DNA of 64,000 bases. It comes from an uncultured Candidatus Peribacteria bacterium (GTDB lineage: Bacteria; Patescibacteriota; Gracilibacteria; UBA1369). Shown one piece after another: positions 36,008-46,000 of this stretch. The position numbers and the translations under genes are program-made. Under the pieces are notes generated by a model. That model did not search any database. It saw nothing but the letters and a program-made list of their open reading frames with translations, and was not told where the DNA came from. The stretch is from the NCBI GenBank assembly GCA_964528305.1, contig CAZGSD010000001.1, forward strand, positions 133,749 through 197,748. Direction: 5' to 3'. Numbering within the stretch: the stretch's first letter is position 1; every line of letters starts with the position of its first letter.

Positions 36008-36727
36008 TTACTCCTCCGTGGTTGTGATATATGTACTGGGAGTATTATTTGGCGTCCCGATAATATTGGAAATATTATTCCCAGCTCCATCCTCCGCAGT
36101 TACATTAGCAGTAGAGGTTATACCGAAACCAATATTTTCACTATCACCATTGGCAAAAGCATTATCGGAAATATCCCCAACAACATATGCCGTGACGGTG
36201 TTACCCGCTGAAATAATCCAATTCATGTCCGTGAATGTTACGCTTCCATCGTTTTGAACACTTTGAGAAGTAGCAATAACTGATCCTGTTGAGTCTTCGA
36301 GATATACACTTCCAACATAAGAATTGAGCAGAGTGCTGTTATCAGAACCCGTACCTGTAGAGCTGAAAGCAGAGGCGTTACCGTTATCATCCAAGTAACC
36401 TGTCAAAGTCAGGTCAGTAACTTTACAATAGGTTCTAGCCGAGCAGGCGAATGAAAGACCAACAAATTTAACATTACTGCTTCCTTTGACCACAGTATGA
36501 ATCCCTGGAGTGCTAGCAAGATGTAAATTTAAGGCCGTGCGTCCTGGTCTCCGAATAATCTCCTCCATATTGGAGGGAACAGCAACTCTTTTAACTACCA
36601 TTATATTTTCTAACCTTCCTTGTAGAATCCACCCATTCTGCAAGCCGGCTACCACACTTATAACAACAACCCCTACTACTGAAACAACCACTGCGACAAT
36701 CTTTTTTGTTTTTGAATTCATACTCAT
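36008..36727 (-). CDS. Hypothetical membrane-anchored surface protein (Asn/Ser/Thr/Gly-rich, beta-rich)
   Basis: 239 aa with the N-terminal anchor KKIVAVVVSVVGVVVISVVAGL. Confidence 0.55.
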   Translation of the reverse strand: MSMNSKTKKIVAVVVSVVGVVVISVVAGLQNGWILQGRLENIMVVKRVAVPSNMEEIIRRPGRTALNLHLASTPGIHTVVKGSSNVKFVGLSFACSARTYCKVTDLTLTGYLDDNGNASAFSSTGTGSDNSTLLNSYVGSVYLEDSTGSVIATSQSVQNDGSVTFTDMNWIISAGNTVTAYVVGDISDNAFANGDSENIGFGITSTANVTAEDGAGNNISNIIGTPNNTPSTYITTTEE

Positions 36728-36887
36728 GTTTATGATTAAATCCTTGTATTATACCACATTTCCTATTCACATCAAAACTAGTACAAATGACAGCCTCTAC
36801 TTTTACATTACACTCTTGTACGGGTAGTGCATTTGCCTTGCTAAGCAAAGCTATAGTAGTATGGCAGCTTATTGTTAATATATTGTT

Positions 36888-37976
36888 ATGATCAAAAAAC
36901 CTGATCGCCCTAAGTTGGCCCCATTAAGCCGAGATAGGCGGCCAGAAAGGCGCCTACCCGCCAGGACAACGGGGACTGATTCTGATCAACCACAAAGAAT
37001 CAGCGTAAATACGAAGAGACTATTGGTAGTGGCACTTTTAGCCATGGGAGGATATGAAGTAGTGAAGTTTGGGCAATCTTCTCCGACACCAGAACATTCT
37101 GGCACAAGGCCCCCGTTACTACCAACCTCATCCAACCCAGACATCTCTAAGGTTCAAACTAATTTTGGCGTCATGGCAGAGATGGTTTCTCCTGAAAATG
37201 AAGAAAAAACCAATCAAATAATTACCGAACTGACGCGGGAGTTTGGTGAATTTCAACAACGTTTAATTCCCAAAATTCAGCAAGTGAGTGATCCTAACCT
37301 CAGAGCCTGCCTACTGAGGCCATTTGATACTTGGAACTATAATCAAAAAAATAATCCCGATACTAATGGAGTCCGCATCCAAAGAGTTTTAGTTAATGGA
37401 GGTAAAATGAATGTTCACAGTCATGGGGAGTTTTATTATATGGCTGGCCAAGACAAGAAAGTCCCCAATCACTCAGCAGCATACTCACCAGCTGGAAAAT
37501 TAATAATGATTCCCGCAGGTACTCGTTTCAAAAGTGATATAGCTAAATTAGTAGTATTTCACGAATTGCAACATGCGACTTTTGATATAGTCCAAAGAAA
37601 AAGTTTTCGAACCCAAGCAGACCTGGATCAGTATAATGATTTCAATAAAAATAAAATCGATTTAGCTGATGAAGCAATGGCTTTTGCTTTAGAAATTGAA
37701 CTTTTGAATATTTTACTAGAAGGAAAATTACGCGAATCTGTTATGAACAAGTCACCTTTAAATCTAGCCGAAATACGGACAAGATTAAATGCTACTCAGA
37801 CAGATTATCAAGACTTTTTAACTCTCTGGAGATTAAGCCAGTCCTATTACCCTCAAGGGTTTTCCTCAGTTGGACCAGCTGGAAATTTTATCCAAGAACT
37901 GGCTCTACTCTATAAAGATGAGCCACTTTATATTCGGCATGCCGATGGAGGCGTTACGCCTTATCAAAATAAATAA
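36888..37976 (+). CDS. Hypothetical membrane-anchored protein with an HEXXH motif (putative zinc metalloprotease)
   Basis: 362 aa with the TM LLVVALLAMGGY and the motif VVFHELQHATFD. Confidence 0.45.
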   Translation: MIKKPDRPKLAPLSRDRRPERRLPARTTGTDSDQPQRISVNTKRLLVVALLAMGGYEVVKFGQSSPTPEHSGTRPPLLPTSSNPDISKVQTNFGVMAEMVSPENEEKTNQIITELTREFGEFQQRLIPKIQQVSDPNLRACLLRPFDTWNYNQKNNPDTNGVRIQRVLVNGGKMNVHSHGEFYYMAGQDKKVPNHSAAYSPAGKLIMIPAGTRFKSDIAKLVVFHELQHATFDIVQRKSFRTQADLDQYNDFNKNKIDLADEAMAFALEIELLNILLEGKLRESVMNKSPLNLAEIRTRLNATQTDYQDFLTLWRLSQSYYPQGFSSVGPAGNFIQELALLYKDEPLYIRHADGGVTPYQNK

Positions 37977-38087
37977 GCTATCATTTATCATCTGATAAGT
38001 GGGCGATTCGTGGGTATTTAATAGATTTGCTTGCCTCCCAAGGGGTAAAAACTTTAAGATAGTGGCCTGAAACTTAAGCGCTATCCC

Positions 38088-40154
38088 ATGCCCACAGCTA
38101 ATGAAATTCGCCAGAGATATATTGATTTTTTTGTAAAAAAACATGGTCATCAGCAGATTGCCTCGGCTTCGCTGCTGCCCGAGAATGATCCAACCGTGCT
38201 TTTCACCACCGCCGGCATGCAGCCACTGGTGCCCTATCTGATGGGCGAAAAGCATCCTGCCGGGACTCGATTGGTGGATTCGCAAAAATGTATTCGTACT
38301 GATGATATAGAGGAGGTGGGCGACGCCACGCATTGTACTTTTTTTGAAATGCTGGGGAATTGGTCGCTGGGAGATTATTTCAAAAAAGAATCGATTGCCA
38401 TGAGCTACGAGCTGCTGACTACTCCTTGGGCGGATGGTGGATTTGGGCTGAATGCTGAGCGTTTGCGGGTGACTTGTTTTGAGGGTGACTCCAATGTGGA
38501 GCGAGATTTGGAAGCGGCTGGATATTGGAAAGAATTGGGTTTTGTGGACAGCTCCGAGGCGGCTGAAAGTGATAGGCGACTCATTTATTTTTATGAAAAA
38601 AAGAAAAACTGGTGGGGACCGGCCGGATTGACTGGACCTTGTGGGCCGGATACGGAGATTTTCTTTGATCGCAATCCGGAGCTTTCTCCGCATGAGCACG
38701 CACCGAACTCTTCGGATGAATTGAGAGAGAAATATCCTCTGCCCGACGGCTCAGGCCGCTGCCATCCGAACTGCGAATGTGGGCGTTATACGGAAATTTG
38801 GAATAATGTTTTCATGCAGTTCAATAAAAAAGCTGATGGTAGTTTTGAGGAATTGGCTCAGAAAAACGTTGATACGGGCATGGGTTTTGAAAGAATTGTG
38901 GCGGTGCTGCAGGGGAAAACCAATCATTATGAGACGGAGCTGTTTGCGCCGGTGATTAAGAATGTGCTGGGATTAGCAGGGAAAGATTATAGGTATGCTG
39001 CTCTACCAGATAGATTGAATTCTAAAACAATGGATGTAGTAAATCAGTTTATTGAGGAGGATGGTAGCATGAGCTTCGATAATTCCGAAAAAGTCTTTGA
39101 AGAAATGTCTAAGGGCCTAGCAGGAGAGGTGTCTGTCGTGAATGATGAAATTGTGTCCTCCAGAATTATCGCTGATCATCTGCGCGCGGCGGTGTTTATA
39201 CTGGGGGATAAAATGGCTGTGACTCCCAGTAATACTGATCAGGGATATATCTTGCGCCGCTTGATCCGCCGCGCGATTCGGCATGGCAGGAAGCTGGGAA
39301 TCAATGAAAATTTCACTGATAAAATCGCGGCCATGTTTATCAGTGATTACTCTGATGTATATCCTGAATTGGCCCAGAATCGTGAACGCATCCTGAATGA
39401 ATTAAAGAAAGAAGAAGAAAAATTTCAAAAAACTTTGGAGAATGGTTTGAGGGAAATGAAGAAAATCTTCAGTGAGGCGGGAGGGTTGTCAGCTCAGCAG
39501 TTAGCGGAAAAGGCTTTTTTCCTCTATGAATCTTATGGCTTCCCCCAGGAAATGATTGTAGAAGAATTGCTAGCTACTGGTTTAGATTTGGATGTAAAAA
39601 CTTTTGCCACAGCTTTTGATGGAAAATTCAAGGCGCATCAAGATTTGTCACGCCTGGGGGCGGAACAGAAATTCGCTGGCGGCTTGGCTGATCATTCTGA
39701 CGAAAGCCGCAAATTACATACCGCCACTCACCTGCTCCATGAAGCCCTTAAACAGGTTTTGGGGCGTGAGGTCGAACAAAGAGGTTCCAATATCACGGCT
39801 GAGCGATTGCGTTTTGATTTTAATTATCCACAGAAAATGACGCCTGAGCAGATCAAACAGGTGGAGGATATTGTGAACTCAGCGATTGCGAGAAAGCTGC
39901 CTATTAGTTTTGAAGTGATGACAGTGGCGGAAGCCAAGGCTGCAGGTGCTATTGGCCTGTTTGAAGAAAAATATGGTGATCAGATTAAAGTCTATCGTAT
40001 GGGTGATTTTTCGCTGGAGATTTGTGGAGGGCCGCATGCGGATAATACTGGTGATTTGAAGGCTTTTAAAATTCAGAAAGAAGAGGCTTCCTCGGCCGGT
40101 GTGCGCCGCATCAAGGCAGTGATTGGAGAGGCGGCTTTGGCTGGGGGCAAATAA
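38088..40154 (+). CDS. alaS: Alanine--tRNA ligase, short form (688 aa)
   Basis: FTTAGMQPLVPYLMG, KCIRTDDIEEVGD..HCTFFEMLGNWSLGDYFK, and the editing-domain motifs HTATHLLH and CGGPH. It ends shortly after the editing domain. Confidence 0.93.
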   Translation: MPTANEIRQRYIDFFVKKHGHQQIASASLLPENDPTVLFTTAGMQPLVPYLMGEKHPAGTRLVDSQKCIRTDDIEEVGDATHCTFFEMLGNWSLGDYFKKESIAMSYELLTTPWADGGFGLNAERLRVTCFEGDSNVERDLEAAGYWKELGFVDSSEAAESDRRLIYFYEKKKNWWGPAGLTGPCGPDTEIFFDRNPELSPHEHAPNSSDELREKYPLPDGSGRCHPNCECGRYTEIWNNVFMQFNKKADGSFEELAQKNVDTGMGFERIVAVLQGKTNHYETELFAPVIKNVLGLAGKDYRYAALPDRLNSKTMDVVNQFIEEDGSMSFDNSEKVFEEMSKGLAGEVSVVNDEIVSSRIIADHLRAAVFILGDKMAVTPSNTDQGYILRRLIRRAIRHGRKLGINENFTDKIAAMFISDYSDVYPELAQNRERILNELKKEEEKFQKTLENGLREMKKIFSEAGGLSAQQLAEKAFFLYESYGFPQEMIVEELLATGLDLDVKTFATAFDGKFKAHQDLSRLGAEQKFAGGLADHSDESRKLHTATHLLHEALKQVLGREVEQRGSNITAERLRFDFNYPQKMTPEQIKQVEDIVNSAIARKLPISFEVMTVAEAKAAGAIGLFEEKYGDQIKVYRMGDFSLEICGGPHADNTGDLKAFKIQKEEASSAGVRRIKAVIGEAALAGGK

Positions 40155-40163
40155 AAAATTATC

Positions 40164-40436
40164 ATGAAAGAAATCAATCAACCCTATGAAAAGCATATTT
40201 TTGTCTGCTGCAATGTCAAAGCGGACGGGACTGGCTGTGGGGCCCGTGGTGGGGAGGAATTGCGAGCGAAATTAAAAAAACAGGGGTTGGAAAAAGGATT
40301 GGCAAAGCTGCGAGTCAATAAAGCTGGCTGTCTGGGGTTTTGCGAGGAATCGGTAGCCGTGGGGGTTTATCCAGAGGGAAAGTTTTTTGTCGAGGTGAAG
40401 CCGGAGGAGGCTAGGCTGGAGGATTTCTTGATTTGA
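40164..40436 (+). CDS. Thioredoxin-like [2Fe-2S] ferredoxin domain protein
   Basis: HIFVCCNVK...GCGARGGEEL...AGCLGFCEESVAVGVYPEG shows the family's four-Cys pattern. Confidence 0.55.
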   Translation: MKEINQPYEKHIFVCCNVKADGTGCGARGGEELRAKLKKQGLEKGLAKLRVNKAGCLGFCEESVAVGVYPEGKFFVEVKPEEARLEDFLI

Positions 40437-40698
40437 TATTTTTGCTAATGGAGCAAATTTATCGTAATCACATGTGCCCGGGCACACTAAATTGCGATCC
40501 TTTTTACTGACTGGCAATTATATGGTAAATAGGAATGCACGTGCAGATGTGTATTGCCAGGTTTTTGTAAACATAACAAGTCTCTTGTAAATTACGCGTG
40601 CACTTGTATTGAGATTTGGCGAAATTAAGGCAATGGCTAGGTTGACTCCTTCTGCACTTGTGTTATACTATATATAGTATTACCTTCAAGTTTATATT

Positions 40699-41061
40699 AT
40701 GGCTGGATTTAAAAAACATCTGGAATCTGTGACTGCTGCTGCAGCTATAGCTCTGGCGGCCGTACCAACCGTGGCTTGTTCAACTGAAAACTGCTCGGTC
40801 AAAGGTGGGACGGTGGAAGCTCAAGCATATGATGGAAAACCTCTGGATATAGACGCCCAATGCGCCGCCAATAAAAAACTGGTTTATAAATGTTTAGCTG
40901 TGGGAGATGGCATTGTTGAGGGGTCACAATTACATGTTTTGCGCTGCGATGATGCTGATAGAAAAGCTAAAGCAGCTGATTTGAGCGCTAATAGCGATTA
41001 TGTTAAATGTCATGGAAGCGAAAATCCTGATGACATAGTTGCCAGCTGCACTACAAAATAG
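40699..41061 (+). CDS. Small Cys-rich putative lipoprotein
   Basis: The signal peptide ends in the lipobox-like PTVAC. The mature part contains 7 further Cys residues. Confidence 0.5.
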   Translation: MAGFKKHLESVTAAAAIALAAVPTVACSTENCSVKGGTVEAQAYDGKPLDIDAQCAANKKLVYKCLAVGDGIVEGSQLHVLRCDDADRKAKAADLSANSDYVKCHGSENPDDIVASCTTK

Positions 41062-41089
41062 ATTTAGGGCCTACTGATGGCCGTTGATC

Positions 41090-41164
41090 TGGTAGTCCCA
41101 AGGGGAATCGAACCCCTATTTCCACCGTGAGAGGGTGGCGTCCTAACCGTTAGACGATGGGACC
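41090..41164 (-). tRNA. tRNA-Glu (anticodon CUC), CCA encoded
   Basis: The reverse complement GGTCCCATCGTCTAACGGTTAGGACGCCACCCTCTCACGGTGGAAATAGGGGTTCGATTCCCCTTGGGACTACCA folds by hand into a cloverleaf. The anticodon loop is CTCTCAC. Confidence 0.9.
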
Positions 41165-41179
41165 ACAGGACAGTCTAAA

Positions 41180-41255
41180 TGGTGCAACCAAGAGGATTCG
41201 AACCTCTGACCTTCTCGACGTCAACGAGACGCTCTACCAACTGAGCTATGGTTGC
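41180..41255 (-). tRNA. tRNA-Val (anticodon GAC), CCA encoded
   Basis: The reverse complement GCAACCATAGCTCAGTTGGTAGAGCGTCTCGTTGACGTCGAGAAGGTCAGAGGTTCGAATCCTCTTGGTTGCACCA folds into a cloverleaf. The anticodon loop is TTGACGT. Confidence 0.9.
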
Positions 41256-41391
41256 ACAAATGCCGGACCGTGTTTACTGATGGCCCCGTGATTGTGCCTG
41301 AGCCGAGCGGAAAATTCAAGAAAATTTTAGTATGACTTGAGCAGTCTTTAGCAATCTGATAAATTAAGTGCCAGTTTAATACTACTACCGA

Positions 41392-42333
41392 ATGGCTAAA
41401 GATTTTTATGAAATTTTAGGCGTGAAAAAGGACGCCAATGATCAGGATATCAAGCGGGCCTACCGTAAAATGGCCATGGAGTGGCATCCAGATAAACATA
41501 AAGGTGACAAGGCTGCCGAAGCTAAATTCAAGGAAATCAACAAAGCTTATGAAACGCTGAGTGACCCGCAAAAACGAGCTGGCTATGATCAATTTGGCGA
41601 GGCGGGGGCTAATTTTGCCGGTGGCGGCGGATTTGGTGGTGGATACAGTGGCGGGGGGTTTGATTTCAATAACATGCAGGGAAATTTTGATGGCCAGGGA
41701 TTTGCCGATATTTTTGAGGCGTTTTTTACAGGCTTTGGAGCACAGCGTAATGGTCCGCGCAAAGGACGCAATCTGGAATTTGAATTACGGGTGACTTTTG
41801 AAGAAGCGGTATTTGGGTGTGAAAAAGAATTGATGATTACCAGACCGGGGCGGGGCGGGGAGAAAAGTACTGAAAGCATTAAAGTAAAAATTCCGGCGGG
41901 CGTGGACAATGATTCCGTGGTTCGATTGTCCGGCAAGGGTGAGCCCGGTGTTAATAATGGCCCCATGGGTGATTTGTATGTGCATATACGCGTATCCCCA
42001 CACAAAGAATTTGTGCGTCAAAACTCCGATGTACATAGCGCGCTGGAAATCAGTCTACTGATGGCGGTGCTTGGTGATGAAGTGCAGGTGAAAACTGTGC
42101 ATGGTGAAGTGACATTGAAAATACCCGCCGGTACTCAGCCCGGAAAAGTTTTTAAATTGAAAGGTTATGGAATACAAAAACTGCATAGCGAGGAAAAAGG
42201 TGATCATTATGTGAAGGTGCAGGTGGCTATACCGACAAAACTATCTAAAAAAGAGCGCGAACTTTATCTGGAATTGGCCAATGAATCCCCAGGTGGTGCT
42301 CAAAAAAAGGGCGGGAAGGGGTTTTGGAAATAA
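41392..42333 (+). CDS. dnaJ: DnaJ-family co-chaperone lacking the Cys-rich zinc-finger domain (type II / CbpA-like)
   Basis: J-domain (DFYEILGV...[16 protein letters not shown]), a G/F-rich region and C-terminal substrate-binding domains. No CxxCxGxG repeats. Confidence 0.88.
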   Translation: MAKDFYEILGVKKDANDQDIKRAYRKMAMEWHPDKHKGDKAAEAKFKEINKAYETLSDPQKRAGYDQFGEAGANFAGGGGFGGGYSGGGFDFNNMQGNFDGQGFADIFEAFFTGFGAQRNGPRKGRNLEFELRVTFEEAVFGCEKELMITRPGRGGEKSTESIKVKIPAGVDNDSVVRLSGKGEPGVNNGPMGDLYVHIRVSPHKEFVRQNSDVHSALEISLLMAVLGDEVQVKTVHGEVTLKIPAGTQPGKVFKLKGYGIQKLHSEEKGDHYVKVQVAIPTKLSKKERELYLELANESPGGAQKKGGKGFWK

Positions 42334-42452
42334 GCGGCGCGAATTTGTAATACTTTTTATCTCGTGGCAGTTTTACTAGTGTGAACCAATCACGGTTATA
42401 CAATTTTGTTGCTTGTCTTCACCAGTAATCTAGCCTATAAATAAGAAGTCTT

Positions 42453-43022
42453 TTGCTTGCCGCCTTGACACAAAAAACTGAATTGGAATCAGAAATAATT
42501 GAATCAGCTAAAACTGATAGCGATGCTTTTGCGCGGCTCTATGATTTTTATTTCCCACGGGTATACGCTTTTACCATGTCCAAAGTGAGTGATCGTGAAT
42601 TGGCAGAAGATATAGTCAGCGAGATTTTTATAAAGGTGTTGGATAATTTGCCAAAATATCAGGACAGAGGCCTGCCTTTCACAGCTTGGCTATTCACGAT
42701 TAGTCGCCATGTGATTTTTGATCATTATGCTAAAAGGCAAAAGCAGCAGTCCGTGCCACTGGAAGAAAATCTGGATCAGCGTGATGATGACGCCGAGCGC
42801 TCCCCTGCCCATACTGCCGCGCACAGCGAACTTTCTGAGCAAGTGCGAGCGGTGATGGCTAAACTTCCCGAAAGGGATTTGACCATAGTACAACTGAAAT
42901 TTTTTGCCGGTTTGAATAATCGGGAAATCGCCGCCACGCTCAATCTATCGGAAAGCAATGTGGGAATAATACTGTTTCGCGTACTGAGAAAGATAAAACC
43001 TGATTTAGCTAATCTCTATTAG
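42453..43022 (+). CDS. ECF-type sigma-70 family RNA polymerase sigma factor (TTG start)
   Basis: Region 2 (AFARLYDFYFPRVYAF...AEDIVSEIFIKV) and region 4 HTH (LKFFAGLNNREIAATLNLSESNVGIILFRVLRKI). Confidence 0.85.
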   Translation: MLAALTQKTELESEIIESAKTDSDAFARLYDFYFPRVYAFTMSKVSDRELAEDIVSEIFIKVLDNLPKYQDRGLPFTAWLFTISRHVIFDHYAKRQKQQSVPLEENLDQRDDDAERSPAHTAAHSELSEQVRAVMAKLPERDLTIVQLKFFAGLNNREIAATLNLSESNVGIILFRVLRKIKPDLANLY

Positions 43023-43024
43023 AT

Positions 43025-46000
43025 ATGTTTAAAAGAAATCAAAAAATCAGGGATTTGGAAAAGGCTCTACAGGATGGCATAAAAAATCCCGCCATGGCTG
43101 AGCTTTTGGAGGCTATAAATAAAAATGCTCCTAAGCAGGCTAGAGCAGAATTTCGTGATAATTTGAAAGCTAAATTATTAAATAGTTTTAACATGCGCAA
43201 AGCTGAAAAACATGACCGAGAGGCTGGGCTGGGATTTCAGTTGTGGCGAGATTTGCGATTCCGTGGTTGGGCGGTAGCGTTGGCTGGACTGATATTGGTA
43301 GTACTTGGAGCGGTGATTTCTTATCCATTGATACCAGCGCCAACGGTTCAAGGTTATTTATTAAAAGGTGCTACTAGAGAAATGTCTGCCAATGCGCCTT
43401 TTCAAATTACTTTTAGTCAATTGATGGATCATGGGTCAGTGGAGAAAAATTTCCAGATCGAGCCGATTATCCCAGGTAAATTCCGCTGGAAAGGCAATAC
43501 CATGATTTATGAAACAGGGCAGACTTTGAAAGATGGCGATGTTTACAAAATCACCATTGGAGAAGGGGCGCTGAGCTTGCTGCGTAAACCACTAGCCAGT
43601 GAATACAGTGAGTTTTATAAAATAGTGAAAAGCCCACAGGTGGCCTTGATTACTCCCAATGATGGTTCTGTGGCTGTGCCAGTGGACAGTAAAATCAATA
43701 TTATGTTTGATCGGCCAATGACTGGCCTGACTACTTTGGGGGCCGGTCGGCAGAATTTCCCGGCAGTAAAGCTGGAACCAGCAGTGCGGGGACGCTGGAA
43801 ATGGCTGGGGACCAGTACCATGCAATTCATACCGGAAAGTCTGCAGGAAGCGACCAGCTATCGCGTGGTGGTGCCGGCCGGCACCGAGGTGCTAGATGGA
43901 GGCCGCACGGAAAACGAAGTGGTGGCTAGTTTTGAAACGGCGCGTCCTGAACTGATACAAATGTGGGCGACTGATTCGCAAACTCCTACTGAATTTTCAC
44001 CACGCAGCAAAATTAAACTTACTTTCAATCAAAAAGTTGATCTAGCTAGCGCTACTTCCCTAATCAAATTGAAACGTTTGGAAAAAGGACAGGAAGTGGA
44101 AGAAGTATTGCGAGTAAGGTATTTCACTGAACAAGATTATCGGGATGAGCAGAATCAGAGCATGGATCTGCAGGCTATGAATCAGATGGAAGAAATAAAA
44201 GAAGAAAGCGGAGTTAATACAGCAGTGCTGCCACCAAGTAAACCGACACAGGCTGAACTTTCCAAAAGTTTAATTGTGGAAAGCCAGTCAAATTTACAAG
44301 TCGGCCTCCCCTATCGTTTGACTGTAATGGCTGGCATACGTGGAGCGGCCGGCCCATTGACTACCCTGGCTGATCAGAATTTCGAAATCCCGGCTATGAT
44401 GGATTTGCAGATGACTGGGGCTGGAAATGTTGAGATTGCTCCGGACTCTGATGTTACTTTGGCTAGAGTGACTTTGCCATATAACGCCCGCATGGATTTG
44501 CGCAGCTTCCGGGACAAAATAACTGTTAATCCACCAGTAAAAGATGAAAAAGGATTGCTGGTGAAGGCTAATGTAACTACGGCTGACTCCCCCAATAATA
44601 TACGAATTGATTATGATTATCAGCCAGCTACTGATTACACCATCACGGTGGCGGCCGGAGTGAAGGATATATTTGGACGCAGCTGGAATCAGCCCGCTGA
44701 GATTAAATTCCGTACGCCTAACTTCCGTCCAGCTCTGCTGCTGGAGACTGGTACTGATATAAGCGTAGTGGACGGTTCCAAACCTAGTCATTTTTATCTA
44801 AAATCCACCAATATTGATTATGCCGACGTGAAATTAAAAAATCTCAGCCGTGATGAGTTTGTGAGTTTTTATGGTAGTGGCTGGCTGGACTATGCTGCCA
44901 TCAATATATCAGGTGAGGGAAATCTCTGGACTGGCCGTTTACCTATTAAACTGGCCACCAATCAGCGTGGGCATACTTTGCTGGATTTGGATAAATTGAC
45001 TGGAGCCAAACTTTCACCCGGTTTTTATCAAATGGAAATTTCCAATCCGGCAGTGCTAAAGAATCAGTGTGATTATCAAGGAGTTTGTCAGAAAAAAATG
45101 AAAGTGGAAAAAACTTTGTTTGTGGTATCGAAATCGGCTTTAGCTGTGAAATTTAACACTAAAGAAATGCTGGTCTGGTCTACCAATTTAAGTAAAGGTG
45201 AACCGGTAAAAGATATGAAAATATCAGTATTAGGCATTGGAGGAAATGCCACCAGTGACGCCAGTGGATTGGCCCGCATAACTCTAGCAGATACTGATGC
45301 GGATGGTGGATATAGAGATTATTTGATTTTTGGTGAGACGGCTGATGGTGATATTAGTTTTGCCCACTCGACCTGGAGTGAAGGTATTGCTCCTTGGAAT
45401 TTTGGAATTAATAGCGAAAGTATTGCTCCTGAATATTATGGCTATGTTTATACTGATAGGCCGATTTATCGCCCTGATCAGGAAGTGTTTTTCAAAGGTA
45501 TAGTGAGACAGGAAAAACAGGATAAATTCCGCTTGCCTACAGCCAAAACTGTGCAGGTAACAATAGACGATCCATTGGGTAATCGCGTGCTGACCAAAGA
45601 TTTGCCGCTGAGCTCCAATGGGACTTTCAGTGGCAGCCTGAAACTGGGTAAAAACATTAATAGTGGAGATTATTATATGAGGGCCATGCTAACCGATGTG
45701 ACCGGCCCGGAATGGCTCCGGCAATTTACTAGCAGCTTCCGGGTTTATGAATATCGCAAACCGGAATATAAATTGGATTTGATTACGGACCGGCCGGAAT
45801 ACGTCAATGGTGAACAGGCTAAAGTTACTGTTAATGCTGGTTATTTCTTTGGGGCGCCTTTGCCGAAAGCCAAAGTTTCCTGGAATCTACAGGCCAAGGA
45901 CTATTATTTTATCTTGCCGGAAGAATTGGCGGGTAAACTGGCGGGCAGCTGGTTTAGTTTCGCTAGTGAAGGACTTTTTTGCTACTGGGGTTGCCAGTCT

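Noticed and set aside
37905-38699. 264-aa minus-strand ORF overlapping the 5' part of alaS
   Set aside because: It is antisense to a confidently identified AlaRS gene, with low-complexity Arg/Ser/Ile-rich composition. Similar antisense shadow ORFs (for example 14185-14823, 10418-10894, 45887-46402, 12191-12577, 9650-10042) were rejected for the same reason.
42334-42452. ECF-type autoregulated promoter (GAACC ... CGT) upstream of the sigma factor gene
   Set aside because: A tgaacc string is present, but no properly spaced CGT-type -10 element could be identified by eye. It is too weak to call.
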